A stretch of 64,000 bases of DNA. Origin: Vicugna vicugna (lineage: Eukaryota). Positions within the stretch are counted from its first letter, which is position 1. Each line of letters begins with the position of its first letter. Made by a program: the position numbers and the translations under genes. The stretch is from assembly GCA_013265495.1 (NCBI GenBank), contig MU058451.1, positions 1,650,167-1,714,166 of the forward strand, read 5' to 3'. The notes under the pieces are model-generated. The model had not been told where the DNA came from. It was given only the letters and a program-made list of their open reading frames with translations, and ran no database searches. Below are positions 51,597 to 63,480 of the stretch, in pieces.

Positions 51597-51787
51597 TAGG
51601 GTTGCCAAATATAAAACAGGACATCCAATTAAATTTGAATTTTAGAGAAACAATGAAAGTTTTTTTTTAACACAAGTACGCCCCATGCAAAATTAGGACA
51701 TACTGATACTAAGATTTATTTGTCATGTCTCTGGAATTAAATTTAACTGGATGCCCTGTATTTTTACTTGCTTAATCTAGCAACCCG
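51597..51787. mobile_element. MER53 palindromic hAT MITE
   Basis: agggttgccaaatataaaacaggacatccaattaaatttgaattt...aattaaatttaactggatgccctgtattttt...ctagcaaccc; long imperfect inverted symmetry. Confidence 0.88.
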
Positions 51788-51932
51788 ATGGATTTCTCGT
51801 ACTTAAGGGTGGAATTTCTGGGCCATAGGGAATATTTGAGGTGCTGTCAAATGTTTTCAAAAATAGCTGAAACAATTTGCCACACATACCACTACCAAGA
51901 GGTTATGAGTTCTCATGGATTTATAGCCTCAC

Positions 51933-52310
51933 TATATGGAATGAACCATATCCTCCAAAATTTGTATTTTGAAGCCCTAACTCCCAGGGTAACTGTGTTT
52001 GGAGAGAGCTCCTTTAAGAAAGCAATTAAGGTTAAATTAGGTCATAAGGGTGGGGACTTAAGACTGATGTCCTTAGAAGAAGAGGAGGAGATACCAGAGC
52101 ACACTCTCGCACATCCTTTCTCTCTCTCTCTCTCTCTCTTTTTCTCTCTCTCTCTCCATTCAGAAGAGAGGCCAAGGCAACAGCCTACAAGCCAGGAAGA
52201 GAGGTCTCACTTGACTTCCAAGCATCCAGAACCATGAGAAAATAAAGGTCTGTTGTGTAAGCTACCCAGTCTATAGTACCTTGTCATGGCAGCCCTAACA
52301 GACTAATACA
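51933..52310 (+). mobile_element. MaLR solo LTR (MLT1A-like) with internal (TC)n
   Basis: tttgaagccctaactcccagggtaactgtgtttggag...ttaaggttaaattaggtcataagggtgggg...cagactaataca; flanks ctcac/ttcac are a 4/5 TSD. Confidence 0.88.
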
Positions 52311-54339
52311 TTCACCAACATCTGGTATACCAGACATTTTTGTGACTATGATTGTCAGAAATGGCTTGTATTTGTAATTTTAATGTATGTTCCTCTAATT
52401 ACTAACAAAATTAAAGCTTCTTTTCATATGTTAATGGTCCATTTATGTTTCCTCTTCTGGGATGTACCTACCTACGTCTTTGCCCATTTTCTTTTTGAGT
52501 TAGTTTCCTTTTCCTTATTGAATTACTGGATATTAGACCTTAGGTAATTATATGTGGTTCGTATATCTTCTTGAAGTTTGTGACTTGACCTTTCCAGTTC
52601 TCTGTGTTATCTTTTGAAAAACAGAAATTATCAATTCTGATGAAACTCAATTTATCCATCTTTTCCTTCACTATTTATACCTATTTCTCTTGCTTAAGAA
52701 ACCTTTTCCTAACTTGATGTCAGACCTATTTTCCTTTATTTTCTTCTAGTAGTTTAAATTTTTCTGCTTCACATTTTCACATTAATCCATCAGTGACTGA
52801 AATTTTTGTGTATGACGTGAAGCAGAAATTCAATTTCACTTATGTGCTAGAATCTTATCATTGTTTATCAGATTAAGCACTAATTCTTCACAGATGTACA
52901 ATGTCTCTTATCTTATAAATCAAATTTAAATATATACTCGAATCTCTTTCATTTTGTTCTTTGATCAAATACTCTTTTGCTATCTGATACTAGACAGTTT
53001 CTTAATTACTATAACTTTATATTAAAGTCTTGATAACTGGTAAAGCAAGGCTTCCCATCTTATATTTTTACTTAAGGAGTCTTGGTTATTTGGAATCTTT
53101 ATTCTTTCATATAAATTTTAGAATCATCTTGAAATTTTCCTGAAAGGATCCCTATTGGGATGTTCATTACACTGATCAGTTTGGGAGAGCTGTTATGATT
53201 TGGAGTCTTCATATCCATGAACATGACCTAACACACCATTTATTAAGGTCTTTCAAAAATGCATTTAAATAATGTTACATAGTTTTTCCAAAACTGGCTT
53301 CAAACAACTTTTGCAGGATTTTTCCTAGGTAGAGTCCATTAGACTCCAATCTAGAATTTGTAAATATAACAAAAACTAGTTCCTAAGTGGTTGGTACCTA
53401 AGGTGGAATGATGTCAGTGCTTTGGAATGAAGTCACCTTGGTTCATGAATTTTGTTGGGAGGATTATTTTGTATCACCAAGTAGCAACACAAAGTACACA
53501 AGCACAGCTGAATGGGGAGCAATGGGGAGACAGAGTGTATGTGATGCCCATTTATGCCTGTTCTTCTTCTTCCCCCAGTTTCACCAAGCGAAGTACCTCT
53601 TCTTAGAGGCACTTATTGTATGATCCTCCCCATTCATTGTTCCATTTGTCTTTGTCTCCATAACACTGCAACTTCAACATTTCCTCTCCTTTCACCAAGG
53701 TTCCTTCACCTTTTTTTTTAAAAAAAAGTAAGGCCTTATATTTATTATAGCATTTCTTTATATAGTAAGAATGAGATTTTTAAAAACATATTAGTCTACA
53801 TTAATAGTAGTTGTGTCTGCATAATAAAGAACATTTAAATCATACGGCTATCACTAAATTATTTTTAAAACATTCAGATTTTTCATGATTCTCTGCTCAT
53901 TATTCATATTTTGTGCATTTTAAAATGTCACAACTAGTCTAAATTATGGCTCACTAGTTCAGTTTCTTTTCTTCATTATCTAAAACTTAGCCAAGCCATG
54001 TGCTATAATCTTCTAGCTAGCTTGTTCCCATTCTTTTAGATCAAATATTTACACTGAAGGATCTCTCTCTCTCTTTTTAGTTCCCCAAGTGTACAGTAAC
54101 TTCAATTAGTATTCTTGAGTTTTATAAACTGTAGAAAATAAGAGAGGAATACAAATAAGCAGAAGTGTCCCCACAGTTAGGTTTTTGTGCCTTTTACACA
54201 AGACAGCCTGGTTTTATTTTCTAGGGATGAAGCAATACAATGTAGGAGACTTTTCAAAAAATACATTGGATGCGGTAAAAAGAAAATTAGGCATTTCAGA
54301 AGGAGAGCTTGGTGAACTTAAAGATGCAGCAATAATTCA

Positions 54340-55370
54340 CTTCTGAACCCACTCAAATCTGGTTCTACCTTCACTTTCCATTCAGACTCTCCCTGGGTCA
54401 TCTCCATGATTGCCACTGAGACGTGTCCTTTGTAGGCTTCTCATCCTTTGTGTAAATATTTCAAGGCTCCCTCTCATCTCCTGCTTCCCCACTTCTCCCC
54501 TTCCTTCCTCACCCTATATATTCTCCCTGGACAATTTGTGCATGCTTGTGACTGTAATTATAACCTTGCCGCTTATGACTTCCAATTTTATAGCTGACTC
54601 AAATGACTTGCCTGTCCCAGGTCCATATGTCCAATGTCGATGTTTTCTTTACTCGAAATACTCTCCAACTCAACATGTTCTAAGAGGGATTTATCTTCCC
54701 CAGAAACATACCTGTGACTTACATTTGTTATATAATGGCACCATTATATAACATCTTCCACTTACTGAAGCCAGAGACTTGGGTGTCATCTTAAAATTGT
54801 CCTTTCCCTTCACTCTGTATTGAACCAGTCATCAATTTCTATCAGTTCTTCCTTTTATATCCACCCCACCACCACCATTTTCCTACTACTAACATATTGT
54901 AGGCCCTTGTCATTTTTCTCTTACGGAAGAGCAACGAGAACTTTCTGATGGTCTCTCTGCTTCAGATTTTACCCACCTCCAGTCACCCCTTCAATTTGCT
55001 GCCAGAGAACTTTTTATTGTACACAGTCTGGACGATGTCATGGCCCTAGTTCTAAGTGTTTCAGTGGCTCCTTATCACACCAAAAGATAAGATCAAAATG
55101 TCTTATCAATGTCTTGCTGCCAAAGCCTCTGCCTACCTTCTTGGCCTCATCTCCCACCAGCGCTAGTCCCAGAATGCCTCATGATCTCACACCTGCCCAT
55201 GAAGGACCCTCTCCCTGGACATTCTCTCCCCATACCTTGCCTTCCTACCTCAATATTCCTGAAAATTACTACTCATCCTTAGCTGTCCTCTCAAAAACCT
55301 TCTTCGTAAAGCTTTTGAAGTTTCCTCCATTTGATCTTAAGTGCTCCTTCTCCTAAACACCCATGTGCAC
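54340..55370 (+). mobile_element. LINE-2 body fragment
   Basis: tatattctccctggacaattt...aagccagagacttgggtgtcatctt...ttcagtggctccttatcac. Confidence 0.65.
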
Positions 55371-56039
55371 TTTAAATTTTGTAAGACTAGGTGCAGAAGA
55401 AAATTGGTGATACAAAATCATAACAAATCAGAGCATCACTTCCCACCAATAACATTATATGAAGATTCCCAAAGTAGGACGGGAGGGAGCAGGAAGGAAA
55501 TCAGAGAAAAGGGAGTTTAGATACTGGTCAACTTCTGTGCCATTTAGACTGAGCTCTGGGAGAGCAGAGGAAAGGAGGGAGGAAAGCAAGTGATAACACA
55601 ACGTCCAGATGGATTTGCAGGATGGAGAGTAGAGAAGACCGGAGCATCTCTTCCTGAGTAGATCCGCAGGAGTGGAGTGGAACAACAGGAGAGAAATGGC
55701 TCTATGGTGTGTCTCAGCAGAGAGGGCCACTCAGGAGAGAGCAAAAATAGGATGATGACTTTGTGGGTCTGAGAACTGCAGGCAGATAGCATCTCAGAAA
55801 GCCACATAATGTATTTTCAGGCCCCATGGGTCTTGTGGCAGCAAAATTGATTCCTGTGCACCAATGAAGGGCACGGAAGTAGCAAGAAAAGTCACTAGAG
55901 CTAGAATCCTCACACCTGGAACCAGAAATGATGGATCACGACTCCCAGGGACACATGACTTAGAGCCAATTAAGATTTACCCTTAGAATTGCTTGAGGAT
56001 CTAACCTTTTCCCCATATCCAACTCCAAAGGTAAATGGT

Positions 56040-56418
56040 AACTTGTAACCGGTCATGGTAGCCACACCGGGTGATGGTGATACCATTGGGGTTTTTAGGG
56101 AAAGCTTTGCTCACTGCCAGAAGGAGGCCCTGGAAAAGAGTCCCTTACTGTCTCTGAGTGTTGCTGTCTCTTAATTATCTCGGCAACCACTGCTGCCATC
56201 TTACAGTCATGAGACAAGACAACCTAAGGGCAAAGCTAATCTAGGGGAGGCAGAGAAAGAGACGGAAAAAATCAATGTTCTTTATGATACTGAGTCACTG
56301 TATCAACTCTGAAACCTATCCTCCAATTAGGTGAGGTCAGATGTGTTTCTTTATTATTTAAACCACTTTGAGCTAGGATTTTCTGTTATTTAAAATCAAA
56401 GACATTCTGCTTACACAA
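56040..56418 (+). mobile_element. Old MaLR LTR (MLT1J/K-like)
   Basis: ctgctgccatcttacagtcatgag...ttattatttaaaccactttgagctaggattttctgttattt...cttacaca. Confidence 0.6.
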
Positions 56419-57012
56419 TTGTCTTATGCTTCAGGAAACCTAAAACTTTCGCTTTAAAAAACCAACATGATCCTTCCCCTCTGCTCATTTGCAGGAATTT
56501 CACTATCAATTGTACACCTTTGTCAGTCATTGTATGTTGAAATGGCTCAATGAAGCATCACATAAATGACCAAAAGGGAAGCCCAGATGGGGTACAGAGC
56601 ACATCTCATGTAGTACATTTCACATAAATACACTCAGCCGAGGGTTTTGCATTTTCCAGGGTGGGGAGCTCTGACTCCTTGGTTGAGGGCATAGACTGCA
56701 GTCTGCAATGCTAATTTTCACCATCTGAGTGCTCAGGAGAGTGGTCAGCACATGGAGAGGCTATGCATGAATGTTTCCTTAGGAAAATATCTTGGAGAGA
56801 GATTGTACATTTAATTACTTAATAATTTTATATAGCTATAAAATTAATCAGTTCTTCATAGGTAGCATCAAACAGGGTACCTAATCAGCAAGGTTTTATG
56901 GTGTCTGTTCTCCGGAAACTAGAAACCTAAAGAACGGAAGAGGAAGTAGACAGCAGAAGTTACACAGGCTAGTGGGGGAAGTGTGGGGGGAACAAGAATC
57001 TAAGAGAAGGAA

Positions 57013-57064
57013 GAAGGGAAGGTTGGAGGAGGAGGAAGGGAAGGTTGGAGGAGGAGGAAGGGAA
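57013..57064. repeat. 22-bp purine-rich tandem repeat (2.4 copies)
   Basis: gaagggaaggttggaggaggag at 57013-57034 and 57035-57056, plus partial gaagggaa. Confidence 0.9.
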
Positions 57065-58094
57065 AGTTAAAATCTGAAGAATCTAGGGTGGTAATGATTG
57101 CAACTTAGCTCCATCTAACCATGAAATCTAGTTGAGGAGGGAGATAAGTGAAAGTAGAATGGAGTGACAGCCTGAAATAATTAGCAAAGATTGAGTAGAT
57201 GTAATAGGGACAAAGAAATGGGAGACAGGGTGGACCAGAAGTGATGGTTCAAAGCCTGAAATCTAAGAGGTGGATCAAGAGTGAAAAGGCTAAGATGGAA
57301 CTAAGATGGCTGAACGAGCATGAAGGATGGAGGTCAGGGAAGGATGAAGAAGTACTGAGCACCACGTGCTAGCCTGTCATCCATATGGATGGAAAGAGGA
57401 AGACCATTTCAGAAAATAGCATATTCATTCATTATTGTCCAAACATTTTACATGCAGAGATTAAAATTGCCTTTCATGAAGGCATTCAGATTAGTGTACA
57501 CTAATCATCTCTTTTTATTTTGAAAACACAAAGAGATACAGTGCATGTTTGTGGAAGATGTCTGTTTTAGTCTGTATCAAAATGCAGTCACCGTAAACAC
57601 TGGCTTGCTGAGTCTTCCCTGAAGGAAAACTTACCGGCTTGTTGAGAAGATCATTTGATTATCCTGTACATAAATGGCAATACTTATTTTTTTTAATTTC
57701 CTTTTCAATGTCTGATGCTTTATGACAAGTTTATGTTCTGCTTACCAAGACACATCGAGATGAAAAAATTGAACTCGGTCTCTAGAATTTAGTGTTTTCT
57801 TTCCTGTGTTGACTAGTTGTTTTTTGTGGGGTTTTTTTGTGCATTTTTTTGCTCTTGTTGTTCATTTGTGTTTATTTTTGTTTATTTCCTTGCAGTATCC
57901 GGGCTGAGTCTTTGGATCCCAGAGGTGCTGTAGCTTCACTCTCAAGATGCAGACTTTGCAGCCTCCTGGTGACCGTCAGACACCTCCTCTGAAGACCCAG
58001 AATGAAACCATTGGACCACATGTCCTGTACATTCTCTAATAACTACTTAGACCTAAGGTCTTTGTTTCAACACTTTTCTTTGAGCACTAAGACT

Positions 58095-58320
58095 ATGTAA
58101 TATGGAATGATGAAAGAACTTGAACTTTGAGAACCAATGGCCCTTGCCTTTTTTCCCTAATTATGCCTTCTAGAGAAAGTTACTTAACCTCTCTGTGCCT
58201 TAATTTCCTGTCTGTTAAAAAGGGGGTGACAATATGGTTCATCATTCTCAAGTATTACAAGGGTTAAGTGAAAGAATTTCGATACGTGATAAACATAAAT
58301 ACTCAATGAATCATAACTTT
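58095..58320 (+). mobile_element. MIR SINE
   Basis: aagttacttaacctctctgtgccttaatttcctgtctgttaaaa. Confidence 0.75.
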
Positions 58321-58934
58321 CAGATAGAATTCTGAAGGGCTCCCTTAGCCGTGCTGCCTCGAGGCGCCCCTGCAGTCCAGGTAGATTATAGTCCCTGGGT
58401 AACTCTCTTCTCCAGTCATGGAAATAAGGAAATTTCCTTTGCTTTGTTCTGTGGAAAATTGCCCTCCAGGAATTCAGCGAAGACTGTTCAGTTGAAAATA
58501 GTTAACACAATTTTTAAATATGCAGAGTAAAGAAAATAGATTTTATTTTAGTCTTAATGCAGCAGAAATAGAAGAAAATGGAAAATACTGATGAATGTAA
58601 TTTAGGTATAAAATATACACAGAAATGAACCTAATAAGGAAATTAGCTTCTAGCCCTAGCATGAGGTTTCAGTTTTATGGGTAATTTGTGAAAAAAAAAA
58701 TCTTTTTTACTCACTAACATCTTTGGCTCTCAATTTGTTAATCATAGGAAAGCTGGAGGTAAGAAAAAAGAAATTCCACTGGTTTTTATGCAGAGATGTA
58801 CAGTGAATAGGTTTAGAATTTGAATCATAGAAATTCAACTATAGAGAAAGACATATAGTTCTGGTGCTTTTTGAACCTAGATATTCAGGTGTGAATATCT
58901 TGCTCACATACGAATTTATTAACTACACATTTTT

Positions 58935-59700
58935 GCTATCCACGGTCACTCCTTGGTGAGCTCATTTAGTTTCATGGCTTTAAATACCGTCTTACTGCCA
59001 ACAACTCCCAAATTTATGCCTCTAGCTCAGACGTCTCCGCTGGACACCAGACTCATACATCCAACGGTCGCTTGACATCTCCACGTATGTGATGAATAAA
59101 TGTCTCAAACTTAACATGCCCCAAACTCCCGAGCTCCTCCTCAAGCAACTGCTCTCTTCTCCATTTTTATTAGTAACATCTGCATTCTTGTCACCAGCCA
59201 CACCCAATCCTTCACAAAATTCTATTGGCTCTCCCTTCAGAATACCTCCAGATTTTGGTCACCTCCACTGCTTCTACCCTTGGCCAATTCCATCATCCTG
59301 ACCTAGACCTTGATATTTCTGCTTCTGCCTTTGGCCTCCTGCAGCCTAATTCTCAAGCAGCTGCAGGAAAGAGCCTTTTAAGACTTAAATTAGATCATAT
59401 AATTCTTTTGATCAAAACTCTGCAGTTTCTTTCCTTGCCACTCAGATTAAAAGGCAGCCAATTAACCTACCTCCCTGACCTTGTCTGCTACTACTGGTCC
59501 CCACCACCTCATCCCCAGCTACACTGGCTTCTTGGTGTCCCTGATTATAGCAGGGAAGGCTCCGCCAAGGGTTTTGCTACTGCTTTTTCCTCACCTCGGC
59601 TATTCTCCTCCACCCCCTATTCCCTCGTGGCTACCTGTCTCCACCCAGTGCATGTCTTGACACAAATGTCACCTTCCCACTGAGACCTTCCTCAACCACC
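58935..59700 (+). mobile_element. LINE-2 (resumes at ~61490-61665 after nested LTR elements)
   Basis: tggtgagctcatttagtttcatggctttaaatacc...ctcccaaatttat...ccagactcatacatccaac...tgtctcaaacttaacatgccccaaa; 3' end tgaatgaatgaa at ~61656. Confidence 0.85.
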
Positions 59701-59702
59701 TC

Positions 59703-61460
59703 TCTTTATCTGGATCCTCCAAGAAGCAAACTTCAAGAAGGGGTCAGATGTGCAAGGATCTTTTAAGGGGAAACACCTTTTAGGGAATTTTCAGTAGACA
59801 TCTCGGAAAGGCTGAGAGAATCACCAGACTGTGATGCAAGCCTGGCCCTGAGGCTAGGAGCGAGAGGAGGAGGTTGCGGTGGAGGTGTCTGAGACCATGC
59901 GGTCTATGGGGCAGAGGCCTTGGCAGCATCTTCCAGCAAAGCTGAAGGGCTAGTTTTACTAGGGAAGAGTGGGCTACCTCTGCAAGCCCACAGAGTCTGG
60001 GAGAAGGGATGTGATAAGGTCAGCATCCTCAGAGGCATCCATAAAGATGTCCCCATCCCATGTTTGTTTCAGGATCTCCTGACCTTTGCATAGCAGACCT
60101 GCATTGGCTGAGCTTTCAAACATCCCTGAAAGTCTGACAATTAGACCTTCAGCCTGCCCTCAGTTGTATCTTCCCTGCCACTCTAGGACAGAGAAGCCTC
60201 CTTATAAGCCACCGGTATAGGCCCTACGACTGTCACACTTGTTGACAGACTCGCTTTCTTGTTTTCCTTCTGTAGAGCATGACTGCAGCTTAGCAGTAAC
60301 TGTCAATTCCGATGTCTTTGTAGGCACTGCTCCCCTGATTTTTAACAAATGCTTTTATATTACACCTGCCACAGAGTTCTCATTCCCATCAGGACGTGGC
60401 TCCAGGCCACCCCCAGTGAAATCTTTAGCAATGGGGGTGCTATCTTGTGTCAGGCACTGTTGGTGTCTTGCTTACTAACAAGTACAGGAAGCTCTCTGCC
60501 TGCTGCCTGTTTACCTAAACCAAGCCCAGACGCCTATCTCCACTGGTGGTACCGCTTTTGTTAGTCCAGGACTTCCAAGAGGCGGACACCAATATTACAT
60601 GCATGGATTTTATTAGGGGAAGTTCTTGTGTTGCAAGAATTGACCCCATTGAGGGGGAAGAAAAAGAAGGCTGGATGAGAGCATCCCAGAATGCCACGCA
60701 GACTGAGGAAGGTTCGGAAAAACCCTCAGGTTGTCCTCAAGCCAAAGTCAGCTGTCAGAGGATCCCATGTGTCCCAGGAATGCACTTTCCTTAATGCAGC
60801 AGCTGGTGCCCTTGAACTTGGTAGTGTATATAATGTCCCCCCCAAAGATGTCCACAGCCTCATCCCTAGGATCTGTGAACGTTCCATTGCATAGTAGAAA
60901 GGGATTTTACGAATATAATTAAGGTTAGAGACCGTAAGGTAGGGAGATTATCCTGGATAAGAGATCAGTTTAACCACATGAACCCTTAAAAGCAACGACC
61001 TTTCTCCTGCTAGAGGCAGAAGACCTGTAACAGAAGGGTAAGTCAGAGAAATTCAAAGCATGAGAAGGACTCGCAGTGCTGTTGCAGGAACGCAGGTGGG
61101 CCTGTAGGAGCTGAGAGACGGTTCCGCTGGCAGCCAGCAAGGAAAAGAGGACTTCAGTCCTACAACTGCAAGGAACCAACTCTGCCGAAGACCTGAGTGC
61201 ACTGGGAAGCAAATTCTCCTCCAGAGTCCACAGAGAAGAGTCCAGGCCTGCCCACATCTTACTTACAGCCCACTGAGACCCAGAGCAGAGGAACCGGCCA
61301 CGCCAGCCCAAGGCTTCTGACCTACAGCAACTGTGAGATAGTACGTATGTGCTGTTTTGAGCTGCAACGTTTGGGGTAACTCATTACAGCAGCAGAAGAA
61401 ACAAAGCCACACTCTCTATAGCTGGAGATCTGTGAGGCTCATTCTCCAGGCCTCCACTCC
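59703..61460 (-). mobile_element. Ancient ERVL-class element: two related LTRs (LTR33-like; ~59703-60045, and ~60559-60818 + ~61412-61460) around ~500 bp of internal sequence
   Basis: Homologous LTR ends ggatcctccaagaagcaaac...tgcaaggatcttttaaggggaaa and ggacttccaagaggcggacac...tgcatggattttattaggggaag; caaaagcggtaccaccagtg (minus strand, 60560-60541) resembles an ERVL internal 5' start. Confidence 0.55.
60819..61411 (+). mobile_element. MaLR solo LTR (MLT1D/E-like)
   Basis: cccccaaagatgtccacagcctcatccctaggatctgtgaa; agggagattatcctggat; ttctgacctacagcaactgtgagata...ttggggtaactcattacagcagca. Confidence 0.88.
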
Positions 61461-62739
61461 ATCCTATTGAGAGGTAGAGTCCAGCCCTTTCTCCCTAGAC
61501 TTCCCCCTGCCTTATTCCCCTTATATCGTATAGCACATAGCGCCTTCTAACAACTTATATAATTTCCTGATTGGTTGGGTGTGTTGTCTGTTTCTTTCCA
61601 CAAGGAAAAGCACCTGGAGCATAAGAAAAGGCTGTTTAAAATTCAATTTAAAATTGAATGAATGAAAGACTGTTAATTTTGCCACATTTCCATTGGCTTT
61701 GGATTGTGGCAGTAGGCAATTGACTCCATGGGATGTGGGTCAAGAAGTCCAAGAATAGAAGAATATAAAGCTATAAAAAATGACTGTCAGTGCCACTGAC
61801 CTGCTCGATGGATTTTGGTGGTCACGGGTCATCTGAGCAGCAGTGTGTCCTGGGTGTGTGCTCACAGAGTGATTAGTAATTTGTTGCAAAGGACACCCAG
61901 CTACAAATCTTTTGGTTCATTGATTGTCAAAGACATGGCTAGACCCTCCCTCTGGGATATCCTGGAGCCACCCATTTAGTCCACGAAAGCTGGTAAACCT
62001 TGGCTTTAGCATTTGCTAGTTTACAGATCACACTGACACCCATGATCTGGGTATTCTGCTGAGGTCACTCGCCTGAGGTCCAGGTGATACAATATCCAGT
62101 TTAGAGATAAACCGAAGCTCAGAAAGATATTCATTTGCTCAGCCATGCAAATAATTAGAAGCAGAGCCTGCACTCAGCTCCATGGTTTTTAATTTCAAAT
62201 TCCATGTTCCTCGCATTGTGACATGTTGCCTTTTGGTTTGATGGGTCTTAAAATTGATGAATGAGAAAGAAGGCATATAGAAACAGGGAAACTGGTTTAA
62301 GAGATCTGAGTGTGGAAGAGTGAGATTTCAAGAAAAGAAAAAAAAATAGGGCATAATGCATTTAGAATGAGTACCAAAAAGCTTTATTTTTGAACATGGC
62401 TAAAAACAGACTGCGAACATTAATTATGTACACAATCATTGGTGATTCACTCAGATAGTTTATTAACCTGGATATGACCCTGAGAAAACTAATGAGAACC
62501 ATGACTCTAGATGACCTTTTCTCAATGCACTGAGTACAAAATAAGGGGAGAATCATAAGCATTGCTGAAGTCAGAGCATCTTAAATTATCCTCTCTCGTC
62601 AAGCCCACTGGCTTTCACCTGACTAGAGCAGGACATGGAGCACAGTGACGAGGCTTTCCTTATATCCCGTGCTCACCGCTACCCAGCTGCTCTTCTAAAA
62701 TGGAGGCCGCCATGATGGTTCCTATAACATGGATGGTTA

Positions 62740-63300
62740 AAATATAACGGGAGGACATGCGTGAAAGTAATACTTGGTCATTTTAGAAAATTTGAAAAAT
62801 AGACAGAAATATAAAGAGTAGGAAAAATGTTGTCCATGGTGCTACCTTCCACAGTCACTTCCTATTACATTTTAGTTTACCTCTGTCCAATTCATGTTTG
62901 TGGCTTTTTGCATATTATAAATAAAACTGAAGTATTTTAAATTCTCTCTCCCCAGCTCCGTTTTCTTCTGTCCCCAGCGCCAGCCACTTTCAAAACTGGC
63001 ACACATCCTTCAAGGTAATATTTTATATTTTTGTTATATACACATTTGTATGATATTATTTTGAGGTTTTGAAATTTTTGCATAAATGCTACCATACTGT
63101 GCTAAAGCCCTCTTCAACTAAGGTTTTTTTTTCATTCAGACTATTTTTTTAATCTATCCTTATTGTCAAAAGTGAATGCATTTCTCATGGATTTTAACTG
63201 CAAGATAATATTTCATTATATGACTACACCATAATTTATTTATTCCTCTGAATAACATTGAGTTCTTTTCAATTTTCCTCTTATATTTAAAAAACACTCT
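62740..63300 (-). mobile_element. Old L1ME-like 3' fragment
   Basis: ttttagaaaatttgaaaaatagacagaaatataaagag; tttcattatatgactacaccataatttattt. Confidence 0.5.
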
Positions 63301-63480
63301 ATGTGTGTAACTACGGATGGTTGTGGATATTACCTAGCTTATTGTTGTGATCATTTAGCAATGTATACAAATATCAAATCGTTATTTTGTCCACCTGAAA
63401 GTAATCTATTACATGTCAATGATATCTCAATGAAAATTTAAAAAACAAAATTCTTTCACATTAAAAATAAATAAATAAAT
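63300..63480 (+). mobile_element. LINE-1 3' end stub with A-rich tail
   Basis: cttattgttgtgatcatttagcaatgtatacaaatatcaaatc...cacctgaaagtaat...tgtcaatgatatctcaat. Confidence 0.8.

Larger units (their letters stand above)
51040..53330 (-). mobile_element. Old LINE-1 (L1MC/ME-like) hosting MER53 and MLT1A insertions
   Basis: ctaccctgacttttgtgt...ttattacaaacaatgct; ttaattactataactttatattaaagtcttgataactggt; ttcatataaattttagaatca. Confidence 0.75.

Noticed and set aside
51788..52237. 149-aa ORF
   Set aside because: Read-through of L1, MLT1A and a (TC)n microsatellite
55400..56030. Purine-rich segment resembling an ancient Gypsy-like or other LTR
   Set aside because: Could not assign termini or family from sequence alone
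58350..58376. CTCF-like motifs here and at ~23510, ~34052 and ~40400
   Set aside because: Each misses core consensus positions; not supportable without PWM scoring or ChIP data
59225..59683. 152-aa ORF, the longest in the track
   Set aside because: Lies wholly within a decayed L2, TTG start, no recognisable domain
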